IMG/VR virus record: IMGVR_UViG_3300027804_000113
Location: 1-38,407 of that record
From: a virus
Lineage: Duplodnaviria > Caudoviricetes
DNA length: 38,407 bases
Direction: 5' to 3' (one strand)
In this document: positions 1-10,248 of the stretch, one piece after another
How positions within the stretch are numbered: position 1 is the first letter of the stretch
How the letters are laid out: each line of letters starts with the position of its first letter
Translations under genes and position numbers: made by a program
Notes under the pieces: generated by a model
Seen by the model: only the letters and a program-made list of their open reading frames with translations
What the model was told of the DNA's origin: nothing
Databases searched by the model: none

Positions 1-81
1 TACAAACGTGCGTAAATTGAGTTGGGAGGGGGGGGAGTCCCTCAAAAAAAACCGGGGAATTCCCTTTGGAAGGCAAAAAAA

Positions 82-540
82 ATGACAAACCGACTACCAC
101 CTGAGTTGCACTTGGTCCACGGGACAAAGGCGGCTCACAACGCTGTACCACTACCTGAGAAGGTCCGGCAACGCATCCCGAAAGCTACATGGCTTGATGA
201 CCCGGACAGTTGGGACAGAAACACGTTCATCGCGGAGACTGCGGATTTCCTGTGGGATACCTACGGCATTGGCTCAGACCAAGACAAACACATTTTGGCG
301 GCTCTTGCTACACAAATCGACATTTATGTGAAGTGTTGGAAGGGTGTTCAAAAAGGCGGGGTCATTACACAGTTCAACAACGGGCAGACTGTAGGCCCAA
401 ATCCGTTCCTGACAGCCGGTGATAAAGCTTTGTCACGAGCAATCGTGCTTATGAATGAACTTGGTTTGACCCCAAGAGGCCGCTTGGCGACTAACAAACA
501 GGAAGGCGGCAAGTATTCCCGCTTGTTGAACGGCCCATGA
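82..540 (+). CDS. terS: terminase small subunit (P27-like)
   Basis: C-terminal NP...ELGLTPRGR motif; directly upstream of TerL with ATGA overlap; ATG at 82 after GGAAGG preferred over TTG at 22. Confidence 0.88.
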   Translation: MTNRLPPELHLVHGTKAAHNAVPLPEKVRQRIPKATWLDDPDSWDRNTFIAETADFLWDTYGIGSDQDKHILAALATQIDIYVKCWKGVQKGGVITQFNNGQTVGPNPFLTAGDKALSRAIVLMNELGLTPRGRLATNKQEGGKYSRLLNGP

Positions 541-2198
541 CTTTTGAAGATGGAATTTTGTATGCGGTTTCTGTTGTCAAAGGCGAAATTGCGGTGTGTA
601 GAAACATCAAGTTGGCCTGTCAGAGATTTCTGAATCAGCTTGAGGACAAGCAATGGGAGTATGAATTCCACATCAAGTATGTTGAGCATTTCCTTGAATT
701 TGCCTCGACACTGGTACACACGAAAGGTCCGGATGCGGGTAAGCCCCTGATACTTGAGCCATTTCAAATCCTGATTATTTGCGCCATATACGGATTCAGA
801 AGCAAAAAGAATCCCGCAAGGCGTATGGTGACGGATGTTATCGTTTTCATTCCTCGCAAGGCCGGCAAATCTACCCTAACAGCGGTTGTGGCTTTGTATG
901 AACTTCAATGGGGCGAGGCGGGCGCTGAAGTTTATACATTAGCGACTAACAGAGATCAAGCAAGCTTGGTTTTTAATGCCGCACAGGGTTTTGTTGAGAA
1001 TATGCCTAGTGATGTAGCGCAACTGTACAACCCAAGCCGATACCAAATCACTAAGACGGGAGACAGTCAGACTGTATTCAAAGCCTTGAGCCGCGACACA
1101 AAGAAAAGCGGTGATGGTATGAATCCTGGTTGTGTAATCGTGGATGAGGCCGCGCAGATTGTAGACCGCAACGCTATCGAGGTGCTTCACTCCGGCATGG
1201 TGGCCCGTATGAATCCACTCAGGATTTACATTACAACGGCAAGTTTTACCAAAGACACAAAATTCTATGAAGATATGTCTTTGTTAGAAGCTATGTTGAA
1301 AGGTGAAGCCACCGACAATCCCCGGTGGTTTGGCTTGTTGTATAGCCTTGACCCACAGGATGATTGGCGCGACCCGACCACTTGGGCTAAAGCAAACCCG
1401 ATGCACGGCATCAGCGTGTTCGAAGAAGCTATTGCGGGCCGGGCAGAAGAAGCAAAACACAAACCGGCGGCACTAAATGAATTCCTGTGTAAAACCCTAA
1501 ACATCTATGTCAGCGCAAATTCAGCTTGGGTTGACAGGTCATTTTGGGATGACCCTAAGTGCCTAACAGCCGATAAAAGAGAACCTGAAGCCGTGTTCAT
1601 AGGGTTCGACTTAGCGGCTACAAGGGATTTGAATGCTGTTTGTACTTTGAAGCGATTTGCAGACGATGACTATGAAGCTGAGTTCAAGTTTTTCCTCCCG
1701 GAAGACGGGTACAACCTAATTCCGAAGCATTACATGGACATATTCCGTGTTGCTCGTCAGTCCGGGATTCTCCACATTACGCCGGGTAACGTGATGGATG
1801 ACAGGGAGATTAGCGACTACATATTACAACAGGCCGCTATTTACGACATTAAAGAGGTTGGCTATGATGCTTACAACGCATCAAGTCTTGTGGCACGATT
1901 GAACGATTCAGGTATGCCAGTGAAGCGTGTTGGGCAAGGTATGTCGGTGTTGAGCAACCCGTCTAAGCACGTAGAAAAACTGATTATGCAGTATCAGATA
2001 AAACACGATGGCAACCCATTCCTTGGTTGGCAACTTGGAAACTGCGAATTGTATGAGGATGTGAATGGAAACATCAAAATTCGTAAGAATGAAGCTGACA
2101 AATCGGCAAAGGTTGATGGTATTATCAGTCTAATTATTGCGATGCACTGCTCACTAGACAACGCGATGGTTAGTGGTTTTGGGTTCAGGTCCTTTTGA
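537..2198 (+). CDS. terL: terminase large subunit
   Basis: Walker A IPRKAGKS, Walker B VIVDEAA, ITTAS coupling motif, nuclease GFDLA and KVDGIIS. Confidence 0.97.
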   Translation: MTFEDGILYAVSVVKGEIAVCRNIKLACQRFLNQLEDKQWEYEFHIKYVEHFLEFASTLVHTKGPDAGKPLILEPFQILIICAIYGFRSKKNPARRMVTDVIVFIPRKAGKSTLTAVVALYELQWGEAGAEVYTLATNRDQASLVFNAAQGFVENMPSDVAQLYNPSRYQITKTGDSQTVFKALSRDTKKSGDGMNPGCVIVDEAAQIVDRNAIEVLHSGMVARMNPLRIYITTASFTKDTKFYEDMSLLEAMLKGEATDNPRWFGLLYSLDPQDDWRDPTTWAKANPMHGISVFEEAIAGRAEEAKHKPAALNEFLCKTLNIYVSANSAWVDRSFWDDPKCLTADKREPEAVFIGFDLAATRDLNAVCTLKRFADDDYEAEFKFFLPEDGYNLIPKHYMDIFRVARQSGILHITPGNVMDDREISDYILQQAAIYDIKEVGYDAYNASSLVARLNDSGMPVKRVGQGMSVLSNPSKHVEKLIMQYQIKHDGNPFLGWQLGNCELYEDVNGNIKIRKNEADKSAKVDGIISLIIAMHCSLDNAMVSGFGFRSF

Positions 2199-2206
2199 GG
2201 TGACTT

Positions 2207-3601
2207 ATGGCAATCTTTGATATTTTCAAACGCAACGAAAAAAAATCCGTTGAAAGTAATACACTTTTCGGTCAAACAGCGTTAGGAAATAACATTGTTT
2301 ACCAAGGAAACAATCAAAATCCGAACGTAAACACGCAAATTTTATATGTAACTACTGGCGCTACTAACAACGCCGGTAGGCCGGTCGATATGTCGCTGTT
2401 GACACGCAACAGCACAATCGTTGCTTGTATTGCAACGAAAGCTAGGGCTTTGAGTCAGTTGCCTATTAGGGTTATGTGTGAGACAGAAGATGGCGCTTAT
2501 GTAGATGCCATTAAGTCGGATTCTGTTGGCCCAAGAGACAAAGCCAAAGCCAAACAAGTAGCAAACCTACTGGCACAGCCAAATAATTTTCAAAGCACTT
2601 ATGAGTTTTGGTATCAATGGCTTTTGTGGTACGAATTGTCAGGCGAGGCGTTTACTTTTTGGTGGAGAAAAGATCAAAAATCTAGCGTTGAAACGCCATT
2701 AGAAATGTATATCATCGACAGCACTTTAATTGCCGTCACTATAACTCCAACACGTTACCCGTCTTATCGGTTGTCTACCCCGACCTACGGATTCAACCGG
2801 GATGAGCCATTTTCGGCCCATCAAGTCATGCACATAAAAGAAATGCCATGGCAAGGTTCTGCCGGTTGGAACAAAGGCATTTTGGCGGCTGAATTGGTAT
2901 CACTTGACCAAGACATTGATTTGTACGCCAACTACATTATGCAAAACGGCGCGAAGCCCTCCGGCATGTTTACGACTGAGAATGTAATCCCGGATGCCAA
3001 GTACAAAGAAATTGCCGCTAGGCTCAAGGAAGCGTGGTCCGCGATGGTCGGTAGCAAGCAGTCAGACCCAAGCAAAGCCGGTCAGGGTATGCTTTTGGAC
3101 CAAGGCATGAAATACACGCCATTGGACATGCTGACGTTGCAAGACACCGATGCGGCTAAACTCAAAGAACAGACTATGAAGCGAATTTGCGGTTTGTTTG
3201 GTGTGCCACCGGCAATGATTGGTATTGCGGACCAAAAATACAACAATACACAGACGATGATGGATGAATTCTACAAATCGTCTATGTACCCAATGACAGT
3301 CAGCATCGCACAAAAAATTAAACAACATTTGTTTGTTGGCTACCCTAATTTGTGTATTGAATTTGACACGCGAAATTTCCTCAAAGGCGACCCATTAAGC
3401 CAAATGAATTTTGCTGTGGCGGGTGTTGGCGCGGGAATAATGACCCCAAATGAGGCCCGCGAATACCTTGGAATGCCCAACATAGAGGGCGCTGATGAGT
3501 TGTTAGACACTAGCAAACCCGAACCAATACCGGGTTCAAGCGCACAAAGTACCGGTGGCGGTGGTGGCAATCAAACAAAGAAAATGAACATTGGCAAATA
3601 A
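2207..3601 (+). CDS. HK97-family portal protein
   Basis: Position after TerL; QPNNFQS, NGAKPSG, ICGLFGVPP and MTPNEAR motifs. Confidence 0.95.
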   Translation: MAIFDIFKRNEKKSVESNTLFGQTALGNNIVYQGNNQNPNVNTQILYVTTGATNNAGRPVDMSLLTRNSTIVACIATKARALSQLPIRVMCETEDGAYVDAIKSDSVGPRDKAKAKQVANLLAQPNNFQSTYEFWYQWLLWYELSGEAFTFWWRKDQKSSVETPLEMYIIDSTLIAVTITPTRYPSYRLSTPTYGFNRDEPFSAHQVMHIKEMPWQGSAGWNKGILAAELVSLDQDIDLYANYIMQNGAKPSGMFTTENVIPDAKYKEIAARLKEAWSAMVGSKQSDPSKAGQGMLLDQGMKYTPLDMLTLQDTDAAKLKEQTMKRICGLFGVPPAMIGIADQKYNNTQTMMDEFYKSSMYPMTVSIAQKIKQHLFVGYPNLCIEFDTRNFLKGDPLSQMNFAVAGVGAGIMTPNEAREYLGMPNIEGADELLDTSKPEPIPGSSAQSTGGGGGNQTKKMNIGK

Positions 3602-3602
3602 A

Positions 3603-3803
3603 ATGCCCAATGATTTCAAAAAGATGGTAGCATTGTTGCAAAGTTACACTGCAAGAAATTCGCCGAAGCGTGGGCGACCTAAGACAATAAACGACATTGA
3701 CCGAACAAAAGTCGATGAGGTAATCCATGACACAAAACTTAATGATGGTATGCGAAGCTCAACTCAAAGTCGAGGCGCAAGGCATTACAAGCGGAAAAAT
3801 TGA
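3603..3803 (+). CDS. possible small basic protein with AT-hook-like motif
   Basis: Fills the portal-protease gap, ATG 2 nt after portal stop, contains PKRGRPK; overlaps the protease start by 77 nt. Confidence 0.4.
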   Translation: MPNDFKKMVALLQSYTARNSPKRGRPKTINDIDRTKVDEVIHDTKLNDGMRSSTQSRGARHYKRKN

Positions 3804-4509
3804 AGCTACAGTCACTACATGGGGCGCACGTGAAGGCGCTGATGGTAGACGTTTCAATTATCAACCATCAGGCTTCATGGAATGGGCCGAAACATTCGCC
3901 AAAGAGGGTAGACCCTTGCCGATGTTTGTTAATCATGCCGCCGATGCAATCCCGGTGGGCGAATGGACATCATTTGAATTTACCGATGAATGTATGATGG
4001 CAGAAGGCCGTATTTATACAAACACAACATCCGGTTCAGACCTTTATAAAATTATGCAAGAAAGCCCCACAATGTTTGGCGGCGTTTCTGTTGGCGCTTA
4101 TGCTGAAGAATATTGCATGGTTGATGCTGAAGGCAATCCTTGCGAAGATTATGAAGAAGGTTATTTTCAAATCACAAAAGGCGGCTTGCGCGAAGTGTCT
4201 GTAGTGATGTACCCAAACAACCCTGAAGCAAACGTCAACAAGTTGGAATATTTCCGTGTTGATGGCTCTGCTGATTTGAAAGTTTTGGAAACGGCTCTGC
4301 GGGATGCAGGACTTAACCGAAAGGATGCGGTTGCCGCCGCATCTGTATTCAAGCAAGTGATTGAACAGCGGGATGCTGTCTCGATTCAGCCTGAAACTGC
4401 GCCACAGCAGAGTGATTCTGATGCGGAGGCAACCACCGAAGCGGAAATTCTTGCGGCTCTTGAAGCCCGCGAACTTCTAAAAATCCTTGACACACGCCTG
4501 AAAGGTTAA
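3727..4509 (+). CDS. HK97-type prohead maturation protease
   Basis: PMFVNH (His), GVSVG (Ser), LREVSVVMYPNNPEA; RBS GAGGT. Confidence 0.93.
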   Translation: MTQNLMMVCEAQLKVEAQGITSGKIEATVTTWGAREGADGRRFNYQPSGFMEWAETFAKEGRPLPMFVNHAADAIPVGEWTSFEFTDECMMAEGRIYTNTTSGSDLYKIMQESPTMFGGVSVGAYAEEYCMVDAEGNPCEDYEEGYFQITKGGLREVSVVMYPNNPEANVNKLEYFRVDGSADLKVLETALRDAGLNRKDAVAAASVFKQVIEQRDAVSIQPETAPQQSDSDAEATTEAEILAALEARELLKILDTRLKG

Positions 4510-4511
4510 TC

Positions 4512-5867
4512 ATGTCACAAGTCATCATTGAAAAATTAGACGCTATTGAGGCTAAACAAGCCGAAAGTATCGCCGCCATTGAATCAAAAATCCCTGCCGC
4601 TGTTGAAGCTGTTAAAGCTGAAATGGGCGAAATGATTGCCGCTTTGGAAGCTAAAGTTGCTTCTGTACAAGCGCCCACAATCATCAAAGCACCCGCCAAG
4701 ACTGTTCGCCAAGATGTAAATCGTTCTGTGCGTGAACAACTGTCTAATTTCTACAAGGCTAACAACCGAGTGGAAAAAGAACTGAAGATGTTTGAAGACG
4801 AAAGCCAATACGGCGCTTACATGGCAGAAGCCTCTGCTTTGACAGCCGGTGGTGATGGCAAAGGTGGTCGTACAGGTTATGACCCTACATTTGTTGCTTT
4901 GCGTTTGATGAATCCTTTGCGCGGTGTTTCACGCACTGTTGCAACTGATGGCTCAAGCTACCAGTTTCGCGTAAAAACGGGCAATGCGGGTGCAATGTGG
5001 GGATATGGTATTAACAACAATACCTCCTCAGGCGCTAACCCCACAACTGAAGACACTTCAATTTGGCAACTTGTGTTGCAAGACTTGAATGTCCAGTTTC
5101 CTATCCGTACAGCGGCACTGGATGACATTGATGGCTTAGAAGCCAATGTCGTTGATGACATGTTGGCCGAATTTAGCCAACAAGAAGCTTTGTCTATGGT
5201 TCAAAATAATGACCAAGGCGCTACTTCACTGCCCTATGGTGGAAGCAATGGTTTGCGAGGCTTAGACCAGTACGGCGGTGCTAACAGCACTTATGCCGGT
5301 GGTACAAGTTCAACAGCCGCATTTGGTTCTAGTGGTACAGGTTCTTCAAGCGGTTTGCACAGCTTGGCAACTTATGACCAACTTACATCTAACGTCAACA
5401 CTGTTGGTGCTAACGCTATCCAATACAAAGACGTGATCAATTTAGTCTATGCTTTGCCACAACAATATTGGACACCTGCTACCAAGTTCATGGTCAACCC
5501 AATTTTGGCTCAAGCAATTCGCGGTCTGCAAGACACTAATGGTCGCCCAATCTTCAATTCAATGGAATCATTGAACCCTGATGGCATCATTGGTCAAATG
5601 TTGGGCTTCGATGTGGTAATGAACAAGTATCTTGATACACCTTCACAAACTACAACTGGTTCAGCCGGTACTAACAGCTTGTACCCAATGTACTTTGCTG
5701 ACTGGTCACGTTTCCACACAATCATTGATCGCCTGAACATGGTTATGCGCAGATATGATCAAACATTGCCCGGCTTTATAACCTTTTTCGGGGAAAAACG
5801 CTTGGCAACGAGCGTGCGTGATCCTAATGCGGGTGTGCGTTATCGCTCAACAGGAACAGCTACATAA
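4512..5867 (+). CDS. major capsid protein (HK97 fold, N-terminal coiled-coil delta domain)
   Basis: Follows protease; NPLRGVSR, LQDTNGRPIF, MLGFDVV, YFADWSRF, FFGEKR. Confidence 0.95.
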   Translation: MSQVIIEKLDAIEAKQAESIAAIESKIPAAVEAVKAEMGEMIAALEAKVASVQAPTIIKAPAKTVRQDVNRSVREQLSNFYKANNRVEKELKMFEDESQYGAYMAEASALTAGGDGKGGRTGYDPTFVALRLMNPLRGVSRTVATDGSSYQFRVKTGNAGAMWGYGINNNTSSGANPTTEDTSIWQLVLQDLNVQFPIRTAALDDIDGLEANVVDDMLAEFSQQEALSMVQNNDQGATSLPYGGSNGLRGLDQYGGANSTYAGGTSSTAAFGSSGTGSSSGLHSLATYDQLTSNVNTVGANAIQYKDVINLVYALPQQYWTPATKFMVNPILAQAIRGLQDTNGRPIFNSMESLNPDGIIGQMLGFDVVMNKYLDTPSQTTTGSAGTNSLYPMYFADWSRFHTIIDRLNMVMRRYDQTLPGFITFFGEKRLATSVRDPNAGVRYRSTGTAT

Positions 5868-5886
5868 TCTCCATGTAGTTGCCATT

Positions 5887-5914
5887 GGCAGGGGCTTCGG
5901 CCTCTGCCCTTTTT
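5887..5914 (+). terminator. intrinsic terminator between the two capsid genes
   Basis: GGCAGGGGC-TTCG-GCCTCTGCC stem with cUUCGg loop, followed by CTTTTT. Confidence 0.8.
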
Positions 5915-5929
5915 CTAAAAGGAATCACC

Positions 5930-6967
5930 ATGACTGTCACCAAAAAAATCCTATCAGCGATTCAAGAAACCATACAAACTGGCGCATCTGTAAAAGTCGA
6001 TTTGCGTGAAGCCTCTGCGCTTACTGGTTCAGGTGATGGTGTAGGTGGTCGCACGTTCTTTGATAACGCTTTTGCGGCACTGCGTTATGCAAACCCAATT
6101 CGTGAAATGTCGCGTGTTGTACCCGCCTCAGGCTCAAGCGTTCAGTTTGTTGCCAAGACAGGTAATGCGGCAAATCAAACAAATCCATTTGGTTACACGT
6201 TCACGCCTAACAGCGGTACGCCAAACACCGATACGTCTATTTGGCAATTACCAACACGTGTAATTTCAGCCCAACTGCCTATTCGTACAGCAGTCATGAC
6301 AGACGTGAATTATTTGAATGAAACAATCGTTGAAGATTTGATGCTTGAATTTGCAAACATTGAAGGCGCTTCAATGGTTTTGAATAACGATCAAACCGGT
6401 TCTACTACAACTGTTAATGGTGGTACAAATGGTCTACGTGGCCTTAACATGTATTCCAGTAATTCCTCAAGTGCGGCTTATGGTACAAGCGGCACAGCAA
6501 TTACAAATGGTATTCACACTATCAAAACTGTGACTGCGGCGGCATCTACGCTTGTGTATGATGACATTGTTAACTTGTCTAATGCACTGCCCGCCCAATA
6601 TTGGACTTGTCCCGGTGTAGCTTGGATGATGCATCCAAGCACAATTCAAAGTCTGCGTAATTTAGGTGTTGCTACAACAGGCGCACTCAAGCAATTTGCT
6701 GAAACAGGCGATGACGATGGCGGCGCGGTGATGAATGTGTTTGGTTTCCCAGTAGTTGCAAATCCAAACATATCTCTTAACACGGCGGGTAACTTCTGCA
6801 TCTATTTAGCTTGTTGGCCTAGATTTGTGACTATTGCTGATGTGGAAGAAATGACCATTCAAGCAATGGAACAGACACAGCCCGGTTTCATCACCCTATT
6901 CGCTGAAAAACGACTGGTCAGCACAGTGCGCGACCCGTTTGCCGGTGTTCGTTTGGTCAGTGTGTAA
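5930..6967 (+). CDS. second capsid-protein paralogue (short N-terminus)
   Basis: Colinear with the MCP: EASALTGSGDGVGGR, KTGNA, DTSIWQL, PIRTA, NGLRGL, ALPAQYW, PGFITLFAEKR; RBS AAAGGA before ATG 5930. Confidence 0.9.
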   Translation: MTVTKKILSAIQETIQTGASVKVDLREASALTGSGDGVGGRTFFDNAFAALRYANPIREMSRVVPASGSSVQFVAKTGNAANQTNPFGYTFTPNSGTPNTDTSIWQLPTRVISAQLPIRTAVMTDVNYLNETIVEDLMLEFANIEGASMVLNNDQTGSTTTVNGGTNGLRGLNMYSSNSSSAAYGTSGTAITNGIHTIKTVTAAASTLVYDDIVNLSNALPAQYWTCPGVAWMMHPSTIQSLRNLGVATTGALKQFAETGDDDGGAVMNVFGFPVVANPNISLNTAGNFCIYLACWPRFVTIADVEEMTIQAMEQTQPGFITLFAEKRLVSTVRDPFAGVRLVSV

Positions 6968-7638
6968 TGAGCGCCACCGAATACCTACAGGGTGCGCCAT
7001 TTGGGGCGCAGACCCGCAACCCTTTCAACTATGTCAAAGTTGAGCAAATCAACCGGGACAGTAGTACACCTTGGCTCACGCTAGATGAAATCACACAGCA
7101 ACTAAACTTGTTCAATGACGAAAGTCAAGACGGGTATTTGCGAAGCCTCGAAATTGCCACCCGGCAAGCAATCGAAGATTTCCTTGGTTTAAGCATTTTT
7201 TCGGTGACGTATAGGGTTTGGTATGGGACAGAGTCCCTCGCGGCCTCTCCGGTGTGTTTAGACATGCCGGAAGTGAGTCAAAACTTTTACCCGGACCAAT
7301 TACCGGTTTCAATTGATTCGGTCGGTTATTGGAATAACGATTTTCCTCCGGTGTTTACGACCCTTGCAAAAGTAAATTATTACTATGACAACTCAGGTAA
7401 TAAAGTGATTGTTAACAGTCTGCCAACAGAAATAAACACAAGCATGACTGCCCCAATTACGATTACTTACACAACTGTAGCAAATCCACTTTCGGCTTAC
7501 CCTGTTATCAAACAAGCCGGTTTGTTGTTGCTTACACACCTGTACAACAATCGTTCAAATACAACTGAAGGAATGTTGAGAGAAATTCCTTTTGGTGTAG
7601 CAACCCTTCTACGCCCATATAAACCTTTGGTGATGTGA
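6967..7638 (+). CDS. head-tail connector (gp6-like)
   Basis: LTLDEITQQL N-terminus; IKQAGLLLLTHLYNNR...IPFGVATLLRPY C-terminus; synteny. Confidence 0.88.
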   Translation: MSATEYLQGAPFGAQTRNPFNYVKVEQINRDSSTPWLTLDEITQQLNLFNDESQDGYLRSLEIATRQAIEDFLGLSIFSVTYRVWYGTESLAASPVCLDMPEVSQNFYPDQLPVSIDSVGYWNNDFPPVFTTLAKVNYYYDNSGNKVIVNSLPTEINTSMTAPITITYTTVANPLSAYPVIKQAGLLLLTHLYNNRSNTTEGMLREIPFGVATLLRPYKPLVM

Positions 7639-7639
7639 C

Positions 7640-7984
7640 ATGGCAATAGCGCGGTTTGAGAACATTACTGTAAACCGACTGACCTTTGGTGAAAGTTCAT
7701 TTGGTGAGCAGTCAACAGCCATATCTTTGTGGTTTGCTACACGCGCAAGAGTTCATTCTGTTAACAACAATGTCAGGATAAGTGACAAGTATCGCGTCTA
7801 TTCTGATGTTGTTAACTTCACTTTGAATTACACGCCCAACACAAAAGAAGTTGTTGACAATCAAAACTTGTATTCAATTAACTGGAAAAACTTTGATTGG
7901 CGCATTGACAGTATTCGCGAAACCGATGACAGGATGAAAGTGATTTTAACTTGTGTCAGAAATGACCCAACTACAGCGGTATGA
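7640..7984 (+). CDS. head closure / head-tail adaptor
   Basis: Size, synteny, beta-rich pattern ending WRIDSIRE. Confidence 0.7.
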   Translation: MAIARFENITVNRLTFGESSFGEQSTAISLWFATRARVHSVNNNVRISDKYRVYSDVVNFTLNYTPNTKEVVDNQNLYSINWKNFDWRIDSIRETDDRMKVILTCVRNDPTTAV

Positions 7985-8403
7985 CAACACAACAAAATCC
8001 AGTTGTTTACGGCAAAGCTATCCAGTACCAACTGGCTAACATTGTCACGCCTGTTCCCGTATATGCGACATTCAACCGCAACTACGCTACACAGCCTCAA
8101 TTTTTAACATGGATGCTTCAAAATGTTCATCAACCAGTTTATACAGGCAAGTTTCAATCGGTTAAAGGCATTGATCGCCCGGTTATCCGCATTTCTGTCT
8201 TCACGCAAGTGATAGAAGATGGTTTCACAATTTCAAATCAGATATTACAATCCCTACATGGTTATAGCGGTATGTTTGGCAATCCCTTAGACGGCGGGTT
8301 CAATATCTCAAAGGCTGACGTGGAATGGCTTTACAACAGTTATGACAATGAAAACAAGTTGGGGCAAGTCTTTTTAGATTGCACCTTAGATATTCCAACA
8401 TAA
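7981..8403 (+). CDS. putative tail terminator/completion protein
   Basis: 140 aa, immediately before the major tail protein. Confidence 0.6.
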   Translation: MTTQQNPVVYGKAIQYQLANIVTPVPVYATFNRNYATQPQFLTWMLQNVHQPVYTGKFQSVKGIDRPVIRISVFTQVIEDGFTISNQILQSLHGYSGMFGNPLDGGFNISKADVEWLYNSYDNENKLGQVFLDCTLDIPT

Positions 8404-8434
8404 GATTTTTTTAAACTTTCAAAAGGAAATCAAA

Positions 8435-8929
8435 ATGGCTCTCCCAAATAAAATCCTACCCGGTTTTAGTGCAACGCTGTATGCGCAACCATCAGCGACA
8501 CCAACACCTTTGACAACAGCGGCGTTATCTACCTACGCTACTGTTTCTGCCCTTGCTATAGCAGGCAACCTTGTTCCTGTAGAAGCTATCCCCGCATTCG
8601 GTCAGGATGATGCCGTGGCATCTTTCTCTGTAGCCGGTTCGCGTCAATCTGACAAGATTCCCGCACAGTCAGCGCCTACAAGCATGACTATCACTGCGGC
8701 TTGGAATCCTTCAGACACAGTTTTGTTGTTGCTCCGTGGCGATGCTTACAACGGCACTATCGACCGCACGTTCATCATCAGCGCAACAGATGGCACTAAC
8801 ATTGTTAACTATGCGTTTAATGGTCGTGTTAGCCAGTGGACTGTAGACAATGCACCCGGCGCAGAGGCCAAAGTGACATTCACTATTCATCCCCGTGGCA
8901 ATCAGTATGGTTGGTCTAACAGCGTCTAA
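8435..8929 (+). CDS. major tail tube protein
   Basis: Strong RBS AAAGGA; Ala/Thr rich; YAFNGRVSQW...KVTFTI tube-protein pattern; synteny. Confidence 0.82.
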   Translation: MALPNKILPGFSATLYAQPSATPTPLTTAALSTYATVSALAIAGNLVPVEAIPAFGQDDAVASFSVAGSRQSDKIPAQSAPTSMTITAAWNPSDTVLLLLRGDAYNGTIDRTFIISATDGTNIVNYAFNGRVSQWTVDNAPGAEAKVTFTIHPRGNQYGWSNSV

Positions 8930-8931
8930 TC

Positions 8932-9144
8932 ATGACTAACACGCTTAAACAAGCCCTTGAGTCATTGGCTAAAACCTATGGCTCATTAGACACTGTTGCG
9001 CAACGCTTACCCGTTGATGCTAAAGAGGTCGCTAGTGCTTTGGCTAAAGCTGACCCTACATCTGAAGACTATGTGGCGCTGACATATTTGGCGAAATACA
9101 ACCCGTATGAGCCTGTTAAGACAGCACCACAAACAACAGAATAA
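8932..9144 (+). CDS. hypothetical protein
   Basis: Tightly packed ORF in the tail operon. Confidence 0.65.
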   Translation: MTNTLKQALESLAKTYGSLDTVAQRLPVDAKEVASALAKADPTSEDYVALTYLAKYNPYEPVKTAPQTTE

Positions 9145-9147
9145 AAC

Positions 9148-9387
9148 ATGAGCGCGATAATAAAAGACACTTCAGACTTGTTAACGTATTTGGCAACCCG
9201 TTCCGAATCCCACAAGGATTGGTTCGGGTTTACCCAACAGCGCCTAACAGCCATTACTTTGGCGCATCAAATTGCTCAATTTCATGCCGACAAAATGACG
9301 CCTGATGAGGTTGTTGACTACGCTGTAAGGCTGAATCAATCCATATACAACAAGATAATCAAAGTAACACATGACAATTTCAAATAA
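9148..9387 (+). CDS. hypothetical protein
   Basis: Tightly packed ORF in the tail operon. Confidence 0.65.
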   Translation: MSAIIKDTSDLLTYLATRSESHKDWFGFTQQRLTAITLAHQIAQFHADKMTPDEVVDYAVRLNQSIYNKIIKVTHDNFK

Positions 9388-9889
9388 ATTAGGCTCATCT
9401 TATGAGTCAATTCGTGCGGCGGCGCGAATCAAAACAATCAAAGTCGCTATCAATGACATGGAATGTGAACTAAAGGTTCGTGTTCCTGTTAAGCGGGAGA
9501 TGGATGAAATCACCGCAAAACTATCTACACCTGATGCTGACTTGGTTGAAAAGCTGTATGAGGAAATGGCAGGGCCACTCAAAGCAACAATGGCTTCTGT
9601 AGAAGATGGTTTCCTTGAAGCCCTAAATGCCGATGGCGAAAAAATGAGCTTCACAGAAAATGATGTGATTGTTAGCGGCACGTCTGTCCGTCACATAGCT
9701 ACCTTGTCAGCCCTTTGGCAAAGACAAGTAGAGATTTTCTTTGGGTTGTTACAAACTGAAACTGGTGAGCCTGTTACAGAATCGTTCCAAGAGATAGCAG
9801 ATGAATTCCCTGAGGCAGTCATTAGGGACATTGTTAAGTCTATTGACGAAGCTATCAGGCCCTCATACAAAGACGCAAAAAAAAACTAA
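9371..9889 (+). CDS. tail assembly chaperone (gpG-like)
   Basis: Acidic; between tube and tape-measure genes; ends in slippery AAAAAAAAAC-TAA. Confidence 0.8.
   Translation: MTISNKLGSSYESIRAAARIKTIKVAINDMECELKVRVPVKREMDEITAKLSTPDADLVEKLYEEMAGPLKATMASVEDGFLEALNADGEKMSFTENDVIVSGTSVRHIATLSALWQRQVEIFFGLLQTETGEPVTESFQEIADEFPEAVIRDIVKSIDEAIRPSYKDAKKN
9877..9886 (+). promoter_or_regulatory. programmed -1 ribosomal frameshift site
   Basis: GCA AAA AAA AAC TAA; the -1 frame reads AAA CTA AGA ACA TCA ATG, in frame with ORF 9898-10248. Confidence 0.8.
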
Positions 9890-9897
9890 GAACATCA

Positions 9898-10248
9898 ATG
9901 CGGCGGCAAGTGAAAGCCGCTTTGATATTTAATGGTCATACTGTAGAATCTATTGACGAAATAGACGAAGAAACCTTCACCGACATTTGCGTTATGTATG
10001 GTGATGGCGTGTTAGGCGGCAAAGCGATATATCACGCAATCGCACCCTTAACAACGGCTGTTTTTAATTACATAAGACAACCGACTTCACCGGTGTTCAA
10101 GACTGATGACTTGTTTCCTTGGGTGAATGAATACGATAAGAATCCTGATACCGAACCAACATCACAAGACAAAACCAACCATGCGTTGCTCATGTTTATG
10201 ACTAACGCACCGGATTTTAAAACAGAAAGGTTCAAAAATGTCGGTTGA
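9898..10248 (+). CDS. tail chaperone frameshift extension (gpT-like)
   Basis: In the -1 frame relative to the upstream chaperone; no obvious RBS of its own. Confidence 0.75.
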   Translation: MRRQVKAALIFNGHTVESIDEIDEETFTDICVMYGDGVLGGKAIYHAIAPLTTAVFNYIRQPTSPVFKTDDLFPWVNEYDKNPDTEPTSQDKTNHALLMFMTNAPDFKTERFKNVG

